A model generated the notes under the pieces. That model ran no database searches, was not told where the DNA came from, and was given only the letters and a program-made list of their open reading frames with translations. Positions 41,818-41,849 of a stretch of DNA of 41,849 nucleotides are shown here, in pieces; the first letter of the stretch is position 1; each line of letters starts with the position of its first letter. Where the stretch lies: the IMG/VR virus record IMGVR_UViG_3300027796_000011, positions 1 to 41,849 of that record; one strand, written 5' to 3'. This DNA is from a virus (Duplodnaviria > Heunggongvirae > Uroviricota > Caudoviricetes). The position numbers were made by a program, and so were the translations under genes.

Positions 41818-41849
41818 TAAACCACGTCCTGCCAGATCACGAGCAACTT
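41818..41849 (-). CDS. 3' end of upstream structural gene (...KLLVIWQDVV*), possibly major capsid
   Basis: Open frame from the window edge to TAA at 41820-41818, followed by hairpin; identity inferred from position only. Confidence 0.35.

Larger units (their letters stand above)
1..41849. mobile_element. Temperate tailed phage genome segment (siphovirus-like), probably non-integrated form
   Basis: Contiguous phage replication, integrase, portal, tail, tape-measure and lysis genes; no host housekeeping genes; arm-type repeats on both sides of the att core with phage genes on both flanks. Confidence 0.95.

Noticed and set aside
1-41849. CRISPR array, rRNA, IS elements, recoded stop codons
   Set aside because: No spaced repeats, rRNA-like sequence or transposase motifs; genes read full length in the standard bacterial code with TAA, TAG and TGA all used as stops

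Overview
The whole window is part of the genome of a temperate, long-tailed (siphovirus-like) phage of a Gram-negative host. No host genes are seen, and the attachment site looks like an intact attP, so this is probably the free or excised form. The + strand (0.9-12.6 kb) is a replication/recombination operon set: RHH regulator, putative initiator, degenerate DnaC-like loader, DnaB-like helicase, primase, gp32-like SSB, tRNA-Thr(TGT), SF2 helicase, MerR-like protein, RecA, Xis and a tyrosine integrase followed by attP. The converging - strand (41.8-12.8 kb) carries head-tail and tail genes, a frameshifted tail chaperone pair, a 2451-aa tape measure, two fibre genes, the lysis cassette, an uncharacterised virion-appendage module, a UDG-fused family A DNA polymerase, a displaced portal gene and a small DUF1257/DUF2997 operon. 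Four things stand out. (1) An intact receiver (REC)-PAS signalling protein with no output domain is translationally coupled inside the lysis cassette. (2) A 14-bp palindrome TGMARTYRAYTKCA occurs 8 times perfectly and 4 times as near-variants, mostly beside promoters and gene starts, like a genome-wide operator or stoperator network. (3) The attP has a lambda-like 3+2 arm-site layout with an unidentified core. (4) No tail-tube gene lies at its usual place; a glycosyltransferase-like gene and a structured RNA leader sit there instead. All family assignments come from motif recognition by eye; no database search was run. Several ORF-track starts were moved to downstream codons with better RBS or promoter context.
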